From: an uncultured Halobacteriales archaeon
GTDB taxonomy: Archaea > Halobacteriota > Halobacteria > Halobacteriales > Hikarchaeaceae
Assembly (NCBI GenBank): GCA_964542445.1
Contig: CAZITY010000002.1
Coordinates: 30,340-87,066, forward strand
DNA length: 56,727 bases
Reading direction: 5' to 3'
The notes beneath the pieces were generated by a model that was not told where the DNA came from, made no database searches, and was given only the letters and a program-made list of their open reading frames with translations. Positions 19,276 to 30,343 of this stretch are shown here, piece by piece. The first letter of the stretch is position 1. Each line of letters opens with the position of its first letter. The position numbers were made by a program, and so were the translations under genes.

Positions 19276-20094
19276 ATGACTGTTGTGATTAAAATCGGGG
19301 GGGCTCGGGCGGTTGACCCGGCTGGCGCGCTTGCGGATGTAGCAGCATTGCGTGAGGATGGTGTTCCTGTGGTAGTGGTTCATGGCGGTTCGACGGCGAT
19401 GGATGAAACGCTAGAGCGGTTGGGGATGTCTGCTGAGTATGTTGAAACGCCGGATGGAGTGGTTGGTCGGTTCACGGATGAGGAAACGATGGAAGTTTTC
19501 AAGATGGTGTTCGGCCAGTTAAACACGAATTTAACAATGAAGTTACAGAATCAGTCGGTGAATGCCATAGGTTTGAACGGTGTTGACGGACGGTTGTTGA
19601 GAGGTGAACGGAAGAGCGCTGTGCGGGTTGTTGAGGATGGGCGGAAAAAGATCAGGCGTGGTGACCATTCTGGGCGGATCGATGATGTGAATACGGGGTT
19701 GTTAGAACGTTTATTAACGGCCGGGTATACGCCAGTCATCGGTCCGCCGATTCTTGCTGATGATGGGGTGGCGGTGAATACGGATGCTGATCGGGCGTCG
19801 GGCGCGATTGCGGGTCGATTGAATGGTCGATTAGTGTCACTGACCGATGTCGATGGCGTGTTTGCGGATGCGGATGAACCGTCGACGTTAATATCGGAGG
19901 TCCGGTCGTCTGAAGAGTTGGATGTGTTGCAAGAGGTAGCGGAGGGGTTTATGCGGCGGAAGGTAATGGCGGCAGTTGAAGCACTCGAGTTAGGGGCGAG
20001 TAAGGTCATTATTTCGAACGCAAATGCGGACCAGCCGATTCTAGAGGCGTTAGATGGGGCGGGGACGCATATTCACCCGGAGGTACTCGTATGA
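19276..20094 (+). CDS. argB: [LysW]-glutamate kinase (ArgB/LysZ)
   Basis: VIKIGG, VVHGG, RFTD, NTDAD.A, LTDV.G and M.RK. Confidence 0.95.
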   Translation: MTVVIKIGGARAVDPAGALADVAALREDGVPVVVVHGGSTAMDETLERLGMSAEYVETPDGVVGRFTDEETMEVFKMVFGQLNTNLTMKLQNQSVNAIGLNGVDGRLLRGERKSAVRVVEDGRKKIRRGDHSGRIDDVNTGLLERLLTAGYTPVIGPPILADDGVAVNTDADRASGAIAGRLNGRLVSLTDVDGVFADADEPSTLISEVRSSEELDVLQEVAEGFMRRKVMAAVEALELGASKVIISNANADQPILEALDGAGTHIHPEVLV

Positions 20095-21233
20095 GTGGGT
20101 TTGTGTTCTCAGAAAAACCCATTCAGATTGAACGTGGGGAGGGGGTGTTCGTGTTTGATTCGTCGAATGAGAAATATCTAGATTTGGGTGCGAGTTATGC
20201 GTGTGTGCCAGTGGGGCATTCCCATCCGCGAGTGGTGTCTGAAGTGACTGATCAATTATCGGATCTTACGTATGTTCAGGGGTCGTATCCGGTGTCGTCG
20301 CGGACGGCATTGTATGAACGGCTTGGGGAGGTTGCCCCGGGTTCCATTGGGAAGGTGTGGTTATGTAATTCTGGGACGGAAGCGAATGAAGCGGCGATTA
20401 AGTTTGCTCGTCATGCGACGGGACGCACGAAAATTGTGTCGACTATGATGGGATTCCATGGGCGGACGTATGGGTCGTTGTCGGCGACGTGGAAGGACGA
20501 GTACCGCGAGGGGTATGAACCACTTGTCGATGGGTTCGAGTTTGTGCCGTATGGAGATAGTGAAGCGATAGTTGATGCTGTTGATGATGAGACCGCAGCG
20601 GTGATTGTGGAACCGATTCAGGGGGAAGGCGGGATTAATGCGCCATCAGACGAGTACCTGGCGGCGATTCGTGAGTGTACAACCGATGCGGGAGCGGCGA
20701 TGATTGTTGATGAAATCCAAACGGGTCTCGGGAGAACGGGGGAGTTTTGGGCGGTTGATCATGCTGATGTCGTTCCTGATATTGTGACGGTTGCGAAAGG
20801 GATTGCTAATGGATTACCGTTAGGGGCGACGCTGTGTCGGGATTGGATTGCTTCAGACGCTGGGAACCATGGGGGGACATTCAGTGGCGGGCCGTTAGTG
20901 AGTCGGGCGGCTCTCGCCACGTTAGACGTCATTGAATCGGAAGAACTCGTCACAAATGCACAGCAGACTGGTGCCTATCTGATCGATTCAATTAATGCAG
21001 CGGTTGGTGATTCAGTTCGCGATGTACGGGGGCTTGGATTGATGATCGGTATTCAGGTGCCCCGGGGGGCGAATTCGATGCTTCGGGAACTGGCGATATC
21101 GCATAATATCTTGGCTTTACCGGCGGGTCGGACAGTGGTCCGGTTGTTACCGCCGTTGATTCTTGATGAAACGCATGTGGATCAGTTCGTGACTGCGTTC
21201 GAAGCCGTTGTCAATGGTTCATCTGATGCATGA
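20091..21233 (+). CDS. argD: [LysW]-ornithine aminotransferase (ArgD/LysJ), class III PLP enzyme
   Basis: NSGTEANEAA, FHGRT, EPIQGEGG, DEIQTG.GRTG, AKG and HGGTF. Confidence 0.95.
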   Translation: MSGFVFSEKPIQIERGEGVFVFDSSNEKYLDLGASYACVPVGHSHPRVVSEVTDQLSDLTYVQGSYPVSSRTALYERLGEVAPGSIGKVWLCNSGTEANEAAIKFARHATGRTKIVSTMMGFHGRTYGSLSATWKDEYREGYEPLVDGFEFVPYGDSEAIVDAVDDETAAVIVEPIQGEGGINAPSDEYLAAIRECTTDAGAAMIVDEIQTGLGRTGEFWAVDHADVVPDIVTVAKGIANGLPLGATLCRDWIASDAGNHGGTFSGGPLVSRAALATLDVIESEELVTNAQQTGAYLIDSINAAVGDSVRDVRGLGLMIGIQVPRGANSMLRELAISHNILALPAGRTVVRLLPPLILDETHVDQFVTAFEAVVNGSSDA

Positions 21234-22267
21234 CTATGGATATTCGGTCTGATGCGCGCACGCTCTTGCACGATTTGGTTTCTATCGAGTCGGTGAGTGG
21301 GAACGAGGCGTCGTGCGCGGAGCGACTCGCGTCGTTCTTTGATTCGCATGATCGGTCGGTGTGGATTGATGAGGTGGGGAATGTTCGAGTGCCGGGGGAT
21401 GATTCGGTCCTATTGACGTCACATATCGATACGGTTCCTGGAGATATTCCAATTCGGATTGAAGATGGAACGCTATGGGGACGTGGGAGTGTGGATGCGA
21501 AAGGGTCGCTTGCGTCGATGGCTGTTGCGGCAGTAGAAACTGGGGTAAGTTATGTTGGTGTTGTCGGTGAGGAGCGTGGTTCGCGTGGTGCGCGGTTTCT
21601 CATGGAGGATCGAGAGGCTCCGGCGGCCGTGATCAATGGAGAACCGAGTGGGTGGGCTGCGATTACTTTTGGGTATCGCGGGCATCTCCCGGGGACATAT
21701 GTTACGACGAGTGAGTCCGGGCATAGCTCTCGACCGGAAAATAACGCGATTGAGGATGCGATTGAGTGGTGGAATCGAGTTACCCGTGAGTTTGGCGTCG
21801 ATGAATGGACGCCTGTTTTTGAACAGGTGACAACGAAACCAGTTCGGTTTTCGGGCGGACCGAGCGAGGATGGGTTGTCAGTTGAAGCTTCGATGGATGT
21901 AGAGCTACGAATCCCACCGTCGTTTACGGTGGATGAGGTACGTGAAATTGCTGATGGACAACTGGATGGAGGGACGGTTCGGTGGGGTGAGGCGATTCCA
22001 CCGGTAATGAAGAGTCCTCGGTCGTCGTTGGCTCGAAAGTTTCGTGGAGCAATCAGAGATATCGGTGGCGACCCGCGGTTGTTACGGAAGACTGGGACGA
22101 GTGACATGAATATTTTCGCTGATCGATGGTCCATCCCAATGGTGACGTATGGTCCGGGTGATTCGTCGTTAGATCATACGCCGGAAGAGCGATTGGAGTT
22201 GGATGAGTATGATCGTAGCATCCAGGTACTAGAAAATGTGTGTTCGAGGATTATTGATGAAGAATAA
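21230..22267 (+). CDS. argE: [LysW]-ornithine hydrolase (ArgE/LysK), M20 peptidase
   Basis: SHIDTVPG, GRGSVDAKG, GEE, GEPS, KTGTSDMN and YGPGDS.LDHTP. Confidence 0.93.
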   Translation: MTMDIRSDARTLLHDLVSIESVSGNEASCAERLASFFDSHDRSVWIDEVGNVRVPGDDSVLLTSHIDTVPGDIPIRIEDGTLWGRGSVDAKGSLASMAVAAVETGVSYVGVVGEERGSRGARFLMEDREAPAAVINGEPSGWAAITFGYRGHLPGTYVTTSESGHSSRPENNAIEDAIEWWNRVTREFGVDEWTPVFEQVTTKPVRFSGGPSEDGLSVEASMDVELRIPPSFTVDEVREIADGQLDGGTVRWGEAIPPVMKSPRSSLARKFRGAIRDIGGDPRLLRKTGTSDMNIFADRWSIPMVTYGPGDSSLDHTPEERLELDEYDRSIQVLENVCSRIIDEE

Positions 22268-22269
22268 CC

Positions 22270-23211
22270 ATGAGTGATCATTGCGGTGTGGGGCGGCCGA
22301 ATGATACTGCAGTGCAACATGTCTTAGAGATGAATGATTTGGTGGAGATTCTTGATGATGTGTTGGAGGATGGTTTACGATTGAAATCCGCGGTGCGGGC
22401 TGGGAATCCGGTTCGGGAGTTACCGGGGAAGACGCTCGCGATGTTTTTTGAGAAGCCGAGTACCCGGACGCGCGTGTCGTATGAGACGGGGATGACGCAA
22501 TTGGGTGGGCATGCGATTATGCTGAGTCCGGAGCACATGCAGTTGGGACGAGGGGAGCCTATTTCTGATACGTCTCGGGTGTTATCTCGGTATACCGATG
22601 GGATCATGGCGCGGGTTAATTCGCATGAAACCATAGAGGAGCTAGCTGCGTATTCTTCTGTCCCAGTGATTAATGGGTTATCTGATAAATCTCATCCATC
22701 TCAGGCTATCGCTGATTTGCTCACGATTAAGGAAGCATTCGGTGGGTTTTCCGATGTTAACGTGACGTGGATAGGGGATGGGAATAATGTGGCGGCGTCG
22801 TTTGCTATTGGGGCTTCAATCGTGGGGATAGATTTGACGGTCGCTAGTCCGCCGTCTTATCACTTAGACAAGGAAGTTTTGGCGATAGCAGCTGACTGTG
22901 GTACTCCCCCAACGGTAACCGATGACCCAACGCAGGCTGTGTTAGATGCCGATGTTGTGTATACTGACGTGTGGGTGAGTATGGGGAACGAGGAAGAACG
23001 AGAAGAACGACTTGCGGCCTTCGAGGGATACCAGGTAAATGAGTCTTTGTTATCACACGCGCCTGAGGCACTTGTGATGCACTGCTTACCAGCGCACCGA
23101 GGTGAGGAAATCACGAGTGCCGTCCTTGAAGGACAACGATCGTTAGTCTGGGAGCAGGCAGAAAATCGATTACATGCACAAAACGGATTGTTGGTGAATT
23201 TACTGTCGTAA
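22270..23211 (+). CDS. argF: Ornithine carbamoyltransferase
   Basis: FEKPSTRTR, HPSQ, YTDVWVSMG and MHCLPA.RG.E. Confidence 0.96.
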   Translation: MSDHCGVGRPNDTAVQHVLEMNDLVEILDDVLEDGLRLKSAVRAGNPVRELPGKTLAMFFEKPSTRTRVSYETGMTQLGGHAIMLSPEHMQLGRGEPISDTSRVLSRYTDGIMARVNSHETIEELAAYSSVPVINGLSDKSHPSQAIADLLTIKEAFGGFSDVNVTWIGDGNNVAASFAIGASIVGIDLTVASPPSYHLDKEVLAIAADCGTPPTVTDDPTQAVLDADVVYTDVWVSMGNEEEREERLAAFEGYQVNESLLSHAPEALVMHCLPAHRGEEITSAVLEGQRSLVWEQAENRLHAQNGLLVNLLS

Positions 23212-23312
23212 AACTTCAATAGGAGTGATTTTTCGCTTGCTCCAAGGGTTGGTTTTCGGGTGTAAACAGGGGAATCGGCTGTTTTTTGGGTCTTCCAGTC
23301 GTGTGTGTTCCT

Positions 23313-24578
23313 ATGGCGTTACGTGGTTTTTTTGACGAAACAACTGACCCCCCTTCCGTTGCAGTTGAGGGAGTATGGTTGGAGTGCATCTCGTGCGATT
23401 TCGTTACTGAACCGTTCTCGGAAGTGATTTTCCGGTGCCCGGACTGTGACAGTTTACTTGAAGTTCAGTACGAGTCGCCGATTACCCTAGAACCGAGTAC
23501 GGGTTCGGGTGTTTGGCGATACGAGCACGCGTTACCTGTTGATGGGTCGGTTTCGCTTGATGAAGGAAACACGCCGTTATATTCGGTTCCGGCAATTACC
23601 CAGTCTCTGGGAATCGCTGATTTGCATATCAAACACGAGGGGATGAACCCGACGGGGAGCTTCAAAGACCGGGGAATGACGGTTGGCGTTAGAGTAGCCG
23701 AAAAACTCGGTGTTAACCGGTTGGCGTGCGCAAGTACCGGGAATACGAGCGCTGCGTTAGCCTGTTACGGGTCTAGAGCAGGAATGGATGTGTTTGTGTT
23801 ATTACCGAGCGGGAAAGTCGCGGCTGGGAAACTTGCGCAGGCCGGGCTACATGGCGCTCGGATTTTAGAAGTCGATGGGAATTTCGATGATTGTCTCCGG
23901 CATGTTTCTGCGCTTGCTGACCGTGGCGAGGCCTATTTGTTGAATTCAGTGAACCCATTCCGATTAGAAGGACAGAAAACAATTGGATTCGAGATCCTAG
24001 AACAGTCCCTCGCGAAGACGGGTTCATACCCTGATCGGATTGTCCTTCCTGTTGGGAATGCAGGGAATACCGCTGCGTTGTATAAAGCGTTCAGAGAGCT
24101 AGTGGCGAGTGATGCGCTGACCATCGATGAAGTACCAACGTTAACGGGAGTGCAAGCTGCTGGTGCGGCACCGCTTGTCGAGGCAATAGAAACCAATGCG
24201 GACACGGTAACACCGTGGGAATCGGTTGAAACCCGTGCGACGGCAATCAGGATCGGAAATCCAGTGAACGCTCCGAAAGCCATCCCGGGGATTCGTGAAA
24301 CCGGGGGAACAGCAGTCGCCGTGAGCGACGAGGAGATAACGAAGGCCCAACGAGAGATCGCGGGGTCTGGAGTAGGCGTTGAACCGGCGAGTGCGGCGTC
24401 ACTTGCTGGGTTACGCAAACTCCTAGAGGCTGGCGAAATAGATGCTGATGAACAGGTTGTTTGTCTCACGACGGGTCATTTATTGAAAGATCCCGATGCA
24501 GCTGCGGCCGCCGGATCGACGCCGGAAGCAGTACCGAACGACCTGCATGCAATCATCGAAACCCTACAGGAAAACTGA
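23313..24578 (+). CDS. thrC: Threonine synthase
   Basis: N-terminal Zn ribbon (CISC/CPDC), NPTGSFKDRG, ASTGNTS, NSVNPFRLEGQKT and TGHLLKD. Start is uncertain. Confidence 0.95.
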   Translation: MALRGFFDETTDPPSVAVEGVWLECISCDFVTEPFSEVIFRCPDCDSLLEVQYESPITLEPSTGSGVWRYEHALPVDGSVSLDEGNTPLYSVPAITQSLGIADLHIKHEGMNPTGSFKDRGMTVGVRVAEKLGVNRLACASTGNTSAALACYGSRAGMDVFVLLPSGKVAAGKLAQAGLHGARILEVDGNFDDCLRHVSALADRGEAYLLNSVNPFRLEGQKTIGFEILEQSLAKTGSYPDRIVLPVGNAGNTAALYKAFRELVASDALTIDEVPTLTGVQAAGAAPLVEAIETNADTVTPWESVETRATAIRIGNPVNAPKAIPGIRETGGTAVAVSDEEITKAQREIAGSGVGVEPASAASLAGLRKLLEAGEIDADEQVVCLTTGHLLKDPDAAAAAGSTPEAVPNDLHAIIETLQEN

Positions 24579-24624
24579 ATTCTCCCTAACCTATTCACAG
24601 CTAACAGGTGGCTCTCCTGCCGAC

Positions 24625-26205
24625 CTAGTTATTTAACGCGATATACGTTGCTTCCATAATTCGGTCGTCCTGTTTGATGTCTTCAAGGACGTCGTCTGGA
24701 ACAGCCTCATCGAGGTCATAGACGGTTAATGCCTCACCACCGATGGTTTCTCTCGCGTTAAACATCCCCGCGATATTAATATCGGTATTACCGAGAATCG
24801 TTCCGATGAACCCAATCACGCCGGGTTCATCGCGATTCCGCGTAACGAGCATATGGCCGTGGGGAATCGCGTCAACCCGAAATCCGTTAATCCGAACGAT
24901 CCGGGGATCATCCCCTGCAAACAACGTTCCACACACACTGACCGCTGCGTCGTCATCACGGACGGTTACCGTTATAAGGCTCTGAAAGTCCTCTGTTTGT
25001 TGTGATTTAGATTCCGTGACATCAACGCCTCGTTGTTCCGCGATTTGCGCCGCGTTAACTGCGTTAACTTGCCACTCAAGCGGCTCGAACACTCCCTTTA
25101 ACGCGCTCGCGGTGACTAACTCGATATCTTCCTCTGCAATGTCACCCTCATATCGAATTTCGATTTCACCGATCCGGTCCCCAAGTAACTGCGCCGCTAC
25201 TTTCCCACTTGTCTCCGCTAAATCGATATATGGCTGGATCCGAGGAAAGGCAGTTTGATCGACTGACGGAGCGTTTAAAGCATTGACAACTGGCTCTTCG
25301 TTTAATGCTGCGATAACCTGTTCGCCAGTAACCGTAGCGACTTTTTCTTGCGCGGCTTCAGTACTTGCCCCTAGATGCGGGGTGACAATGATCTCGTTGA
25401 CGCTGAGAAGCGGGTTATCTGCACTAATTGGTTCTGAATTGAAGACATCGACGGCCGCACCGGCTAAAATCCCTTCATCAACTGCCGCTGCTAATGCAGC
25501 CTCATCAACGATGCCGCCTCGCGCACAGTTAATTAAATATGCGTCCTCTAATTGGGCGAGTTCTTCTTCTCCGATCATCCCTTCTGTTTCATCGGTCAAT
25601 GGTGTATGGATCGTCAGAAAGTCAGCACGGTCTAGACACTCTTTAAGTTCGACCAACTCCGCCCCGAGCTGAGCTGCCCGATCCGTGGTAATATAGGGAT
25701 CATATGCAATGAGTTCCATTCCGAGTCCCTCGAATCGTTTCGCTGCCTCTTGACCAACGCGCCCCAGGCCGACAATCCCGAGGGTTTTCCCTGTTAATTC
25801 CGTGCCTAGATAGTCTCCTTTTGCCCACTCACCAGCTTTCAACCGGGCATGTGCCTGGGGGATGGATCGTGCTGTTGCAAACGCCATTGCCACAGTGTGT
25901 TCGGCTGCTGCTCTCACATTTCCTTCAGGTGCATTCGCAACGATAACGCCGTGTTCTGTTGCAGCGTCAAGATCGATATTATCCACGCCGACCCCGGCTC
26001 TGGCGACGATCACGAGTTCGGTAGCCGCGTCAAAGACATCACGATTAACCTGGGTTCCCGATCGAACGACAAGCGCAGCTGCGTCCGTAATAAGCGATAA
26101 TAGTTCGTCGTGATCCGCTTCGTATGCGGTAACGACTGAATGCCCGGCATTTCGCAGTAAATCAAGACCTGCATCAGCAATTGGATCAGTGACGAGTACT
26201 TTCAT
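24625..26205 (-). CDS. serA: D-3-phosphoglycerate dehydrogenase
   Basis: MKVLVTD, RAGVGVDNID, GLGRVG, INCARGG, TPHLGAST and C-terminal ASB/ACT domains. Confidence 0.97.
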   Translation of the reverse strand: MKVLVTDPIADAGLDLLRNAGHSVVTAYEADHDELLSLITDAAALVVRSGTQVNRDVFDAATELVIVARAGVGVDNIDLDAATEHGVIVANAPEGNVRAAAEHTVAMAFATARSIPQAHARLKAGEWAKGDYLGTELTGKTLGIVGLGRVGQEAAKRFEGLGMELIAYDPYITTDRAAQLGAELVELKECLDRADFLTIHTPLTDETEGMIGEEELAQLEDAYLINCARGGIVDEAALAAAVDEGILAGAAVDVFNSEPISADNPLLSVNEIIVTPHLGASTEAAQEKVATVTGEQVIAALNEEPVVNALNAPSVDQTAFPRIQPYIDLAETSGKVAAQLLGDRIGEIEIRYEGDIAEEDIELVTASALKGVFEPLEWQVNAVNAAQIAEQRGVDVTESKSQQTEDFQSLITVTVRDDDAAVSVCGTLFAGDDPRIVRINGFRVDAIPHGHMLVTRNRDEPGVIGFIGTILGNTDINIAGMFNARETIGGEALTVYDLDEAVPDDVLEDIKQDDRIMEATYIALNN

Positions 26206-26390
26206 ATACGTTGCAAACCATGGCCGAGAAGTAATCCTTTCGTCACGACTTTCATCCCACGCATGAGGTTTCGTTGTCTTCATGCACCAAACCCATGATG
26301 ACATATTGGACGGTAGGCGGTACCAATCTCGAAGGGAATTGTTGGGAGATATCGGGGGGTTAACGTGCTAACCCTCGCTAGAATACCCTA

Positions 26391-27032
26391 ATGTTAATCG
26401 CGTTCGACTTCGACGGGACACTCTCCGACGACGAAATGATCGTCTTATTAGGAGAGCAAGCTGGGTGTGCTGACGAAATCAGTCAAATCACCGAACGTGC
26501 CATGAATGGAGAACTCAGTTACGCAGAGAGTCTCCGTAAACGCGTGAAGTTACTATCTGGATTATCAGAAGACGCCGTCACAAATGCCTTTGATCAAGTA
26601 GCCATCCGACCAGGAGGCGCTGAATTGTTACGCACATTAACTGCTCAATCCATCACAACCGCGATCCTCACTGGCGGTTTTCACGCTGGCGTAACACATG
26701 CATTAGCAGCCCAAAATACCGAAGTATCAATTATCCTCGCAAATTCGTTAGTCTCATCCGACGGGAAACTGACCGGGGACGTCACCGGTCCACTTATTGA
26801 GGGCACCAAAGATGACGCTCTTAAACAACTCGTTCAAACGCATAATATGTCCCTAGACGAGAGCATTGCAGTTGGGGATGGCGCGAATGATATCCCAATG
26901 CTCGACGTGGCCGGAACAAGCATCGGATTCGATCCTAAACCAACGGTTCAAGCCCATTGTGACTTCACTGTTCACTCGATCGAAGAGCTTTCGGATCTTC
27001 TCACTGACTTCATTGATTTCCCGTTATCATAA
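26391..27032 (+). CDS. serB: Phosphoserine phosphatase (HAD)
   Basis: FDFDGTL, ITERAMNGEL.Y.ESL..RV, TGGF and GDGAND. Confidence 0.93.
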   Translation: MLIAFDFDGTLSDDEMIVLLGEQAGCADEISQITERAMNGELSYAESLRKRVKLLSGLSEDAVTNAFDQVAIRPGGAELLRTLTAQSITTAILTGGFHAGVTHALAAQNTEVSIILANSLVSSDGKLTGDVTGPLIEGTKDDALKQLVQTHNMSLDESIAVGDGANDIPMLDVAGTSIGFDPKPTVQAHCDFTVHSIEELSDLLTDFIDFPLS

Positions 27033-27138
27033 GTTTGAATGAAGTTAACATTCCATTAACTTTCTATTTATCAGCCATTAAAAATGGGGAGTAAAATTAA
27101 TAGCCTGTTCACTCTAACGAGGAAAACACTGACTCTAA

Positions 27139-27672
27139 ATGGCGGCATTGAAGCATAGTGACGAACTCGAAGCTGTCGATATTCATGATGTCCTTAGCAA
27201 TGAGCGTCGACAGATGGTTCTGACCTTGTTACGAGAGGACGATGACGAGATGACCGCTCGCGAGTTATCAGAGCGAATCGCAGAACTAGAAACCGAAGAA
27301 ACACCAGCGCCACGTAACATCCGGCAGAGTGCGTACGTGTCTTTACATCAAACACATCTCCCGAAACTTGATGAACTTGGGATTATTGAATATGACCAAT
27401 CATCGAAATCCGTGCGGTTGCATGACCGCGCGGATGAAGTCAGCGTATACATGGAAACCGTCCCGAAATATGGGATTTCGTGGAGTGAGTACTATCTCGG
27501 GATGGCACTCGTTGGATTTCTATTAGTCTTCGCGTCCATGATTAACGTTCCATATATTTCACTTCTCAGCAGCGGCGCGTGGTCGTTGCTACTGTTTTCA
27601 ATCATTGGTGTGTCCGCGATTTACCAGACGACTCGGCAAGGAAGCTCACTAATACACCGCCTACAAACCTAA
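27139..27672 (+). CDS. Membrane-anchored winged-helix protein (haloarchaeal family)
   Basis: DVLSNERR...ARELSERIAE.E...RQSAYVSLHQTHLPKLDE.GII.YD winged helix, then two TM helices. Confidence 0.85.
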   Translation: MAALKHSDELEAVDIHDVLSNERRQMVLTLLREDDDEMTARELSERIAELETEETPAPRNIRQSAYVSLHQTHLPKLDELGIIEYDQSSKSVRLHDRADEVSVYMETVPKYGISWSEYYLGMALVGFLLVFASMINVPYISLLSSGAWSLLLFSIIGVSAIYQTTRQGSSLIHRLQT

Positions 27673-27709
27673 CAGGGCCGTCTCCAGTAATCCAGAACTA
27701 CCTCTAGAG

Positions 27710-28915
27710 TTATTCTTGGAATAAACTCGAGTGCACCGGAGCGAAGGATTCTCGTTCATCATTTACAGCCGTATCAGTGATGGCTCGTCCCGCAAGCCCG
27801 TCATCAAGAAAGTCAGATAACGGTGGCGTGACATGCTCGGTTTCGACGAGGAATGCGTCGTGACCATACCCTGACTCAATGACATGATGCGCGACCGGGA
27901 TGTCGGTTTGTCGGAACGCATCGGCTAATTCTTCGGATTGTTCGATCGTAAAATGCCAGTCGCCAGTAAAGGACATGACGAGTACTTCGCCTTCAAATGC
28001 GGCGACCGCATCTGCGTCGGAGTCGTACCCGGAAGAGAGGTCGTAATTATCCATGGCCCGCGTGAGGTATAAATACGAATTCGCGTCGAATCGTTTCACG
28101 AAGTTACCTGCGTTGTAGTCGAGGTAGGATTCGACATCTCGGTATGGGAAATAACTCCCCGCTGGATCTCTGGGAGCATAGTCATGCGGGAGATCGCGAC
28201 CGGCAGCTCGTCGGCCGAATCTGGCTGACATTGATTGTTTTGAGAGGTACATGACGTGCCCGATCATTCGTGCGAGGGCAAGCCCGTCATTGGGGGGTTC
28301 GCCGTCGTAATAATGACCGCTGTTCCAGTTTGCGTCGCTAGTAATTGCGCGGCTCGCGATGGCGTCGAGCGCTAGACATTGAGCGTCGAGGCGTGGTGCT
28401 GCGGCAATCGGGATAATTCTTCGGACGTCATCAGGGTATTGTTTCGCCCATTCGAGTACGTTCATTCCACCGACACTCCCACCCGTAACAGCGTGTAAAC
28501 GACCGACACCGAGCCAGTCTAGTACTTCCCGTTGCGCGCGAGTCCAATCACCGACGGTGACTGGTGGAAAGTCTGTGGCATATGGTTCGCCAGATTCGGG
28601 ACAAATCGATGCTGGTCCGGTTGATCCGTAGCATGATCCGGGAACGTTGACGCAAATCACGTAATATTTTGATGTGTCGATGGCCTTCCCGGGCCCAACG
28701 ATTGAATCCCACCAGGCTCGGGCTTGTCCTTGGGTATCTGTTCGCTCTCTTCCCCCGGCGACATGGGCGCTCCCAGTCAGCGCGTGACATATGAGGACGG
28801 CGTTATCACCGGTGAAATCACCGTAGGTTTCGTAGGCAAGTTCAAGTGACGGTATTGTTTCACCACAATCAAATTTGAATTCGCCGATGTCAACGGTTTC
28901 TCGTTCGATTTCCAT
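27710..28915 (-). CDS. metX: Homoserine O-acetyltransferase
   Basis: [21 protein letters not shown] nucleophile elbow, RFDANSY and GHDAFL. Confidence 0.96.
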   Translation of the reverse strand: MEIERETVDIGEFKFDCGETIPSLELAYETYGDFTGDNAVLICHALTGSAHVAGGRERTDTQGQARAWWDSIVGPGKAIDTSKYYVICVNVPGSCYGSTGPASICPESGEPYATDFPPVTVGDWTRAQREVLDWLGVGRLHAVTGGSVGGMNVLEWAKQYPDDVRRIIPIAAAPRLDAQCLALDAIASRAITSDANWNSGHYYDGEPPNDGLALARMIGHVMYLSKQSMSARFGRRAAGRDLPHDYAPRDPAGSYFPYRDVESYLDYNAGNFVKRFDANSYLYLTRAMDNYDLSSGYDSDADAVAAFEGEVLVMSFTGDWHFTIEQSEELADAFRQTDIPVAHHVIESGYGHDAFLVETEHVTPPLSDFLDDGLAGRAITDTAVNDERESFAPVHSSLFQE

Positions 28916-28917
28916 AG

Positions 28918-30204
28918 TTACTCAGTGGTTGGGATTGATTCGAGTGCTTGTTCGAGATCTGCTTCAATATCGGTTACATCCTCGATGCCGATTGACAGTC
29001 TCACTAGCTCTGGTTTCACGCCGCTTGCTTCTTGTTCTTCTGGTGAAAGTTGCGCGTGGGTGGTGCTTGCTGGATGGATAATTAATGATTTGGCGTCCCC
29101 GATATTTGCGAGGAATGAGATCAACTCAACTGATTCACAGAGGTGTTTCGCTGCGTCAAAGCCACCAGTTGGGCCGAATGCGATCATGCCGCCGTAGCCG
29201 CCTGATAAATATCGATCGGCAGTTGCATGGGTGGGATGCGAAGTTAATCCAGGGTAGGATACCCAATCCACCTTCGGGTGGTCTTCGAGATATTTCGCGA
29301 TGTGGTGTGCGTTCTCGCAATGGCGTTCCATTCGTAAATGAAGCGTTTCGAGCCCTTGGATTGTTTGCCACGCGTCAAACGGTGATTGGGCATATCCGAT
29401 TGGTCGGATAGCACGGTGTCTGACGGTCTGGGCGAACGCTCGTTCATCGAATTTATCGGAAAATCGAATACCATGGAATGCTGGGTTTTCACCTGCGACT
29501 TCGTCGTATTGTTCTGTCCAATCGAACTTCCCTCCGTCAACGATAATGCCGCCGATTGTGGTTCCAGCTCCGTGTAGCCATTTGGTGGTAGATTCCCAGA
29601 TGATGTCGGCTCCATGATCAAGGGGACGACAGAGGGCCGGCGTGGCAAATGTGTTGTCGACGACGAGGGGAGTGTTGTTGTCGTGGGCGATTTCGGCGAG
29701 AGTGGAGAGATCCGGGGTGGTAAGCGCTGGATTCCCAATGGTTTCAACGTGGACGAATGCGGTGTTTTCATCGATGTGTTCTCGGTATTGGTCGTGCGCG
29801 AGGGTATCGACGAATCGTGGTTCGATACCTCGGTTAGTCGCGGTATATGAGAGGTATGTGGTCGTTCCGCCATAGATGTCTGATGCGCTCACGATGTTGT
29901 CTCCTGGGGAAGTAAGCGTACTCGTGATCGCGTCAAACGCTGCCATGCCGCTCGAAGTGGCAACCGCGTCGACACCACTTTCGAGCGAGGCGATGCGTGA
30001 TTCGAGGATTCCAACGGTTGGGTTGGATATTCGAGAATAAATGTTACCTTCTTGGTCCAAAGAATAGAGAGAGGCGGCGTGCTCGGCTGAGTCGAATTCG
30101 TATGAGGTAGTTTGATAGAGTGGTGGGGCACGGGCGCCTGTTCCGGGGTCTGGTGGTTGGCCGGAATGGACGGCGCGTGTACCGAATCCGAAACGTTCGT
30201 TCAT
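28918..30204 (-). CDS. metY: O-acetylhomoserine aminocarboxypropyltransferase
   Basis: [33 protein letters not shown] and [19 protein letters not shown]. Confidence 0.95.
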   Translation of the reverse strand: MNERFGFGTRAVHSGQPPDPGTGARAPPLYQTTSYEFDSAEHAASLYSLDQEGNIYSRISNPTVGILESRIASLESGVDAVATSSGMAAFDAITSTLTSPGDNIVSASDIYGGTTTYLSYTATNRGIEPRFVDTLAHDQYREHIDENTAFVHVETIGNPALTTPDLSTLAEIAHDNNTPLVVDNTFATPALCRPLDHGADIIWESTTKWLHGAGTTIGGIIVDGGKFDWTEQYDEVAGENPAFHGIRFSDKFDERAFAQTVRHRAIRPIGYAQSPFDAWQTIQGLETLHLRMERHCENAHHIAKYLEDHPKVDWVSYPGLTSHPTHATADRYLSGGYGGMIAFGPTGGFDAAKHLCESVELISFLANIGDAKSLIIHPASTTHAQLSPEEQEASGVKPELVRLSIGIEDVTDIEADLEQALESIPTTE

Positions 30205-30228
30205 GTTTGACGTTTATAAATCTCTGAA

Positions 30229-30247
30229 AGGATATAACTCTTAGTTA
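30229..30247 (-). promoter_or_regulatory. metY promoter (TTATAT box) overlapped by the palindrome TAACT-N3-AGTTA
   Basis: Minus strand reads GTAACTAAGAGTTATATCC, 25-43 bp upstream of ATG 30204; palindrome at 30235-30247. Confidence 0.5.
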
Positions 30248-30343
30248 CGGCAATGTTTGCGAACACACCAATATCTCTCAATTAGTGAGCGATTCTCAAC
30301 CGATGATATCGTGAGAAAACCGCAGAAGTATTACCCGAGACCT

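Noticed and set aside
17116-22267. lysW/X/Y/Z/J/K-like genes as a lysine AAA pathway or a novel peptide-modification system
   Set aside because: Flanked by argG, argH and argF; matches the known carrier-protein route to ornithine and arginine.
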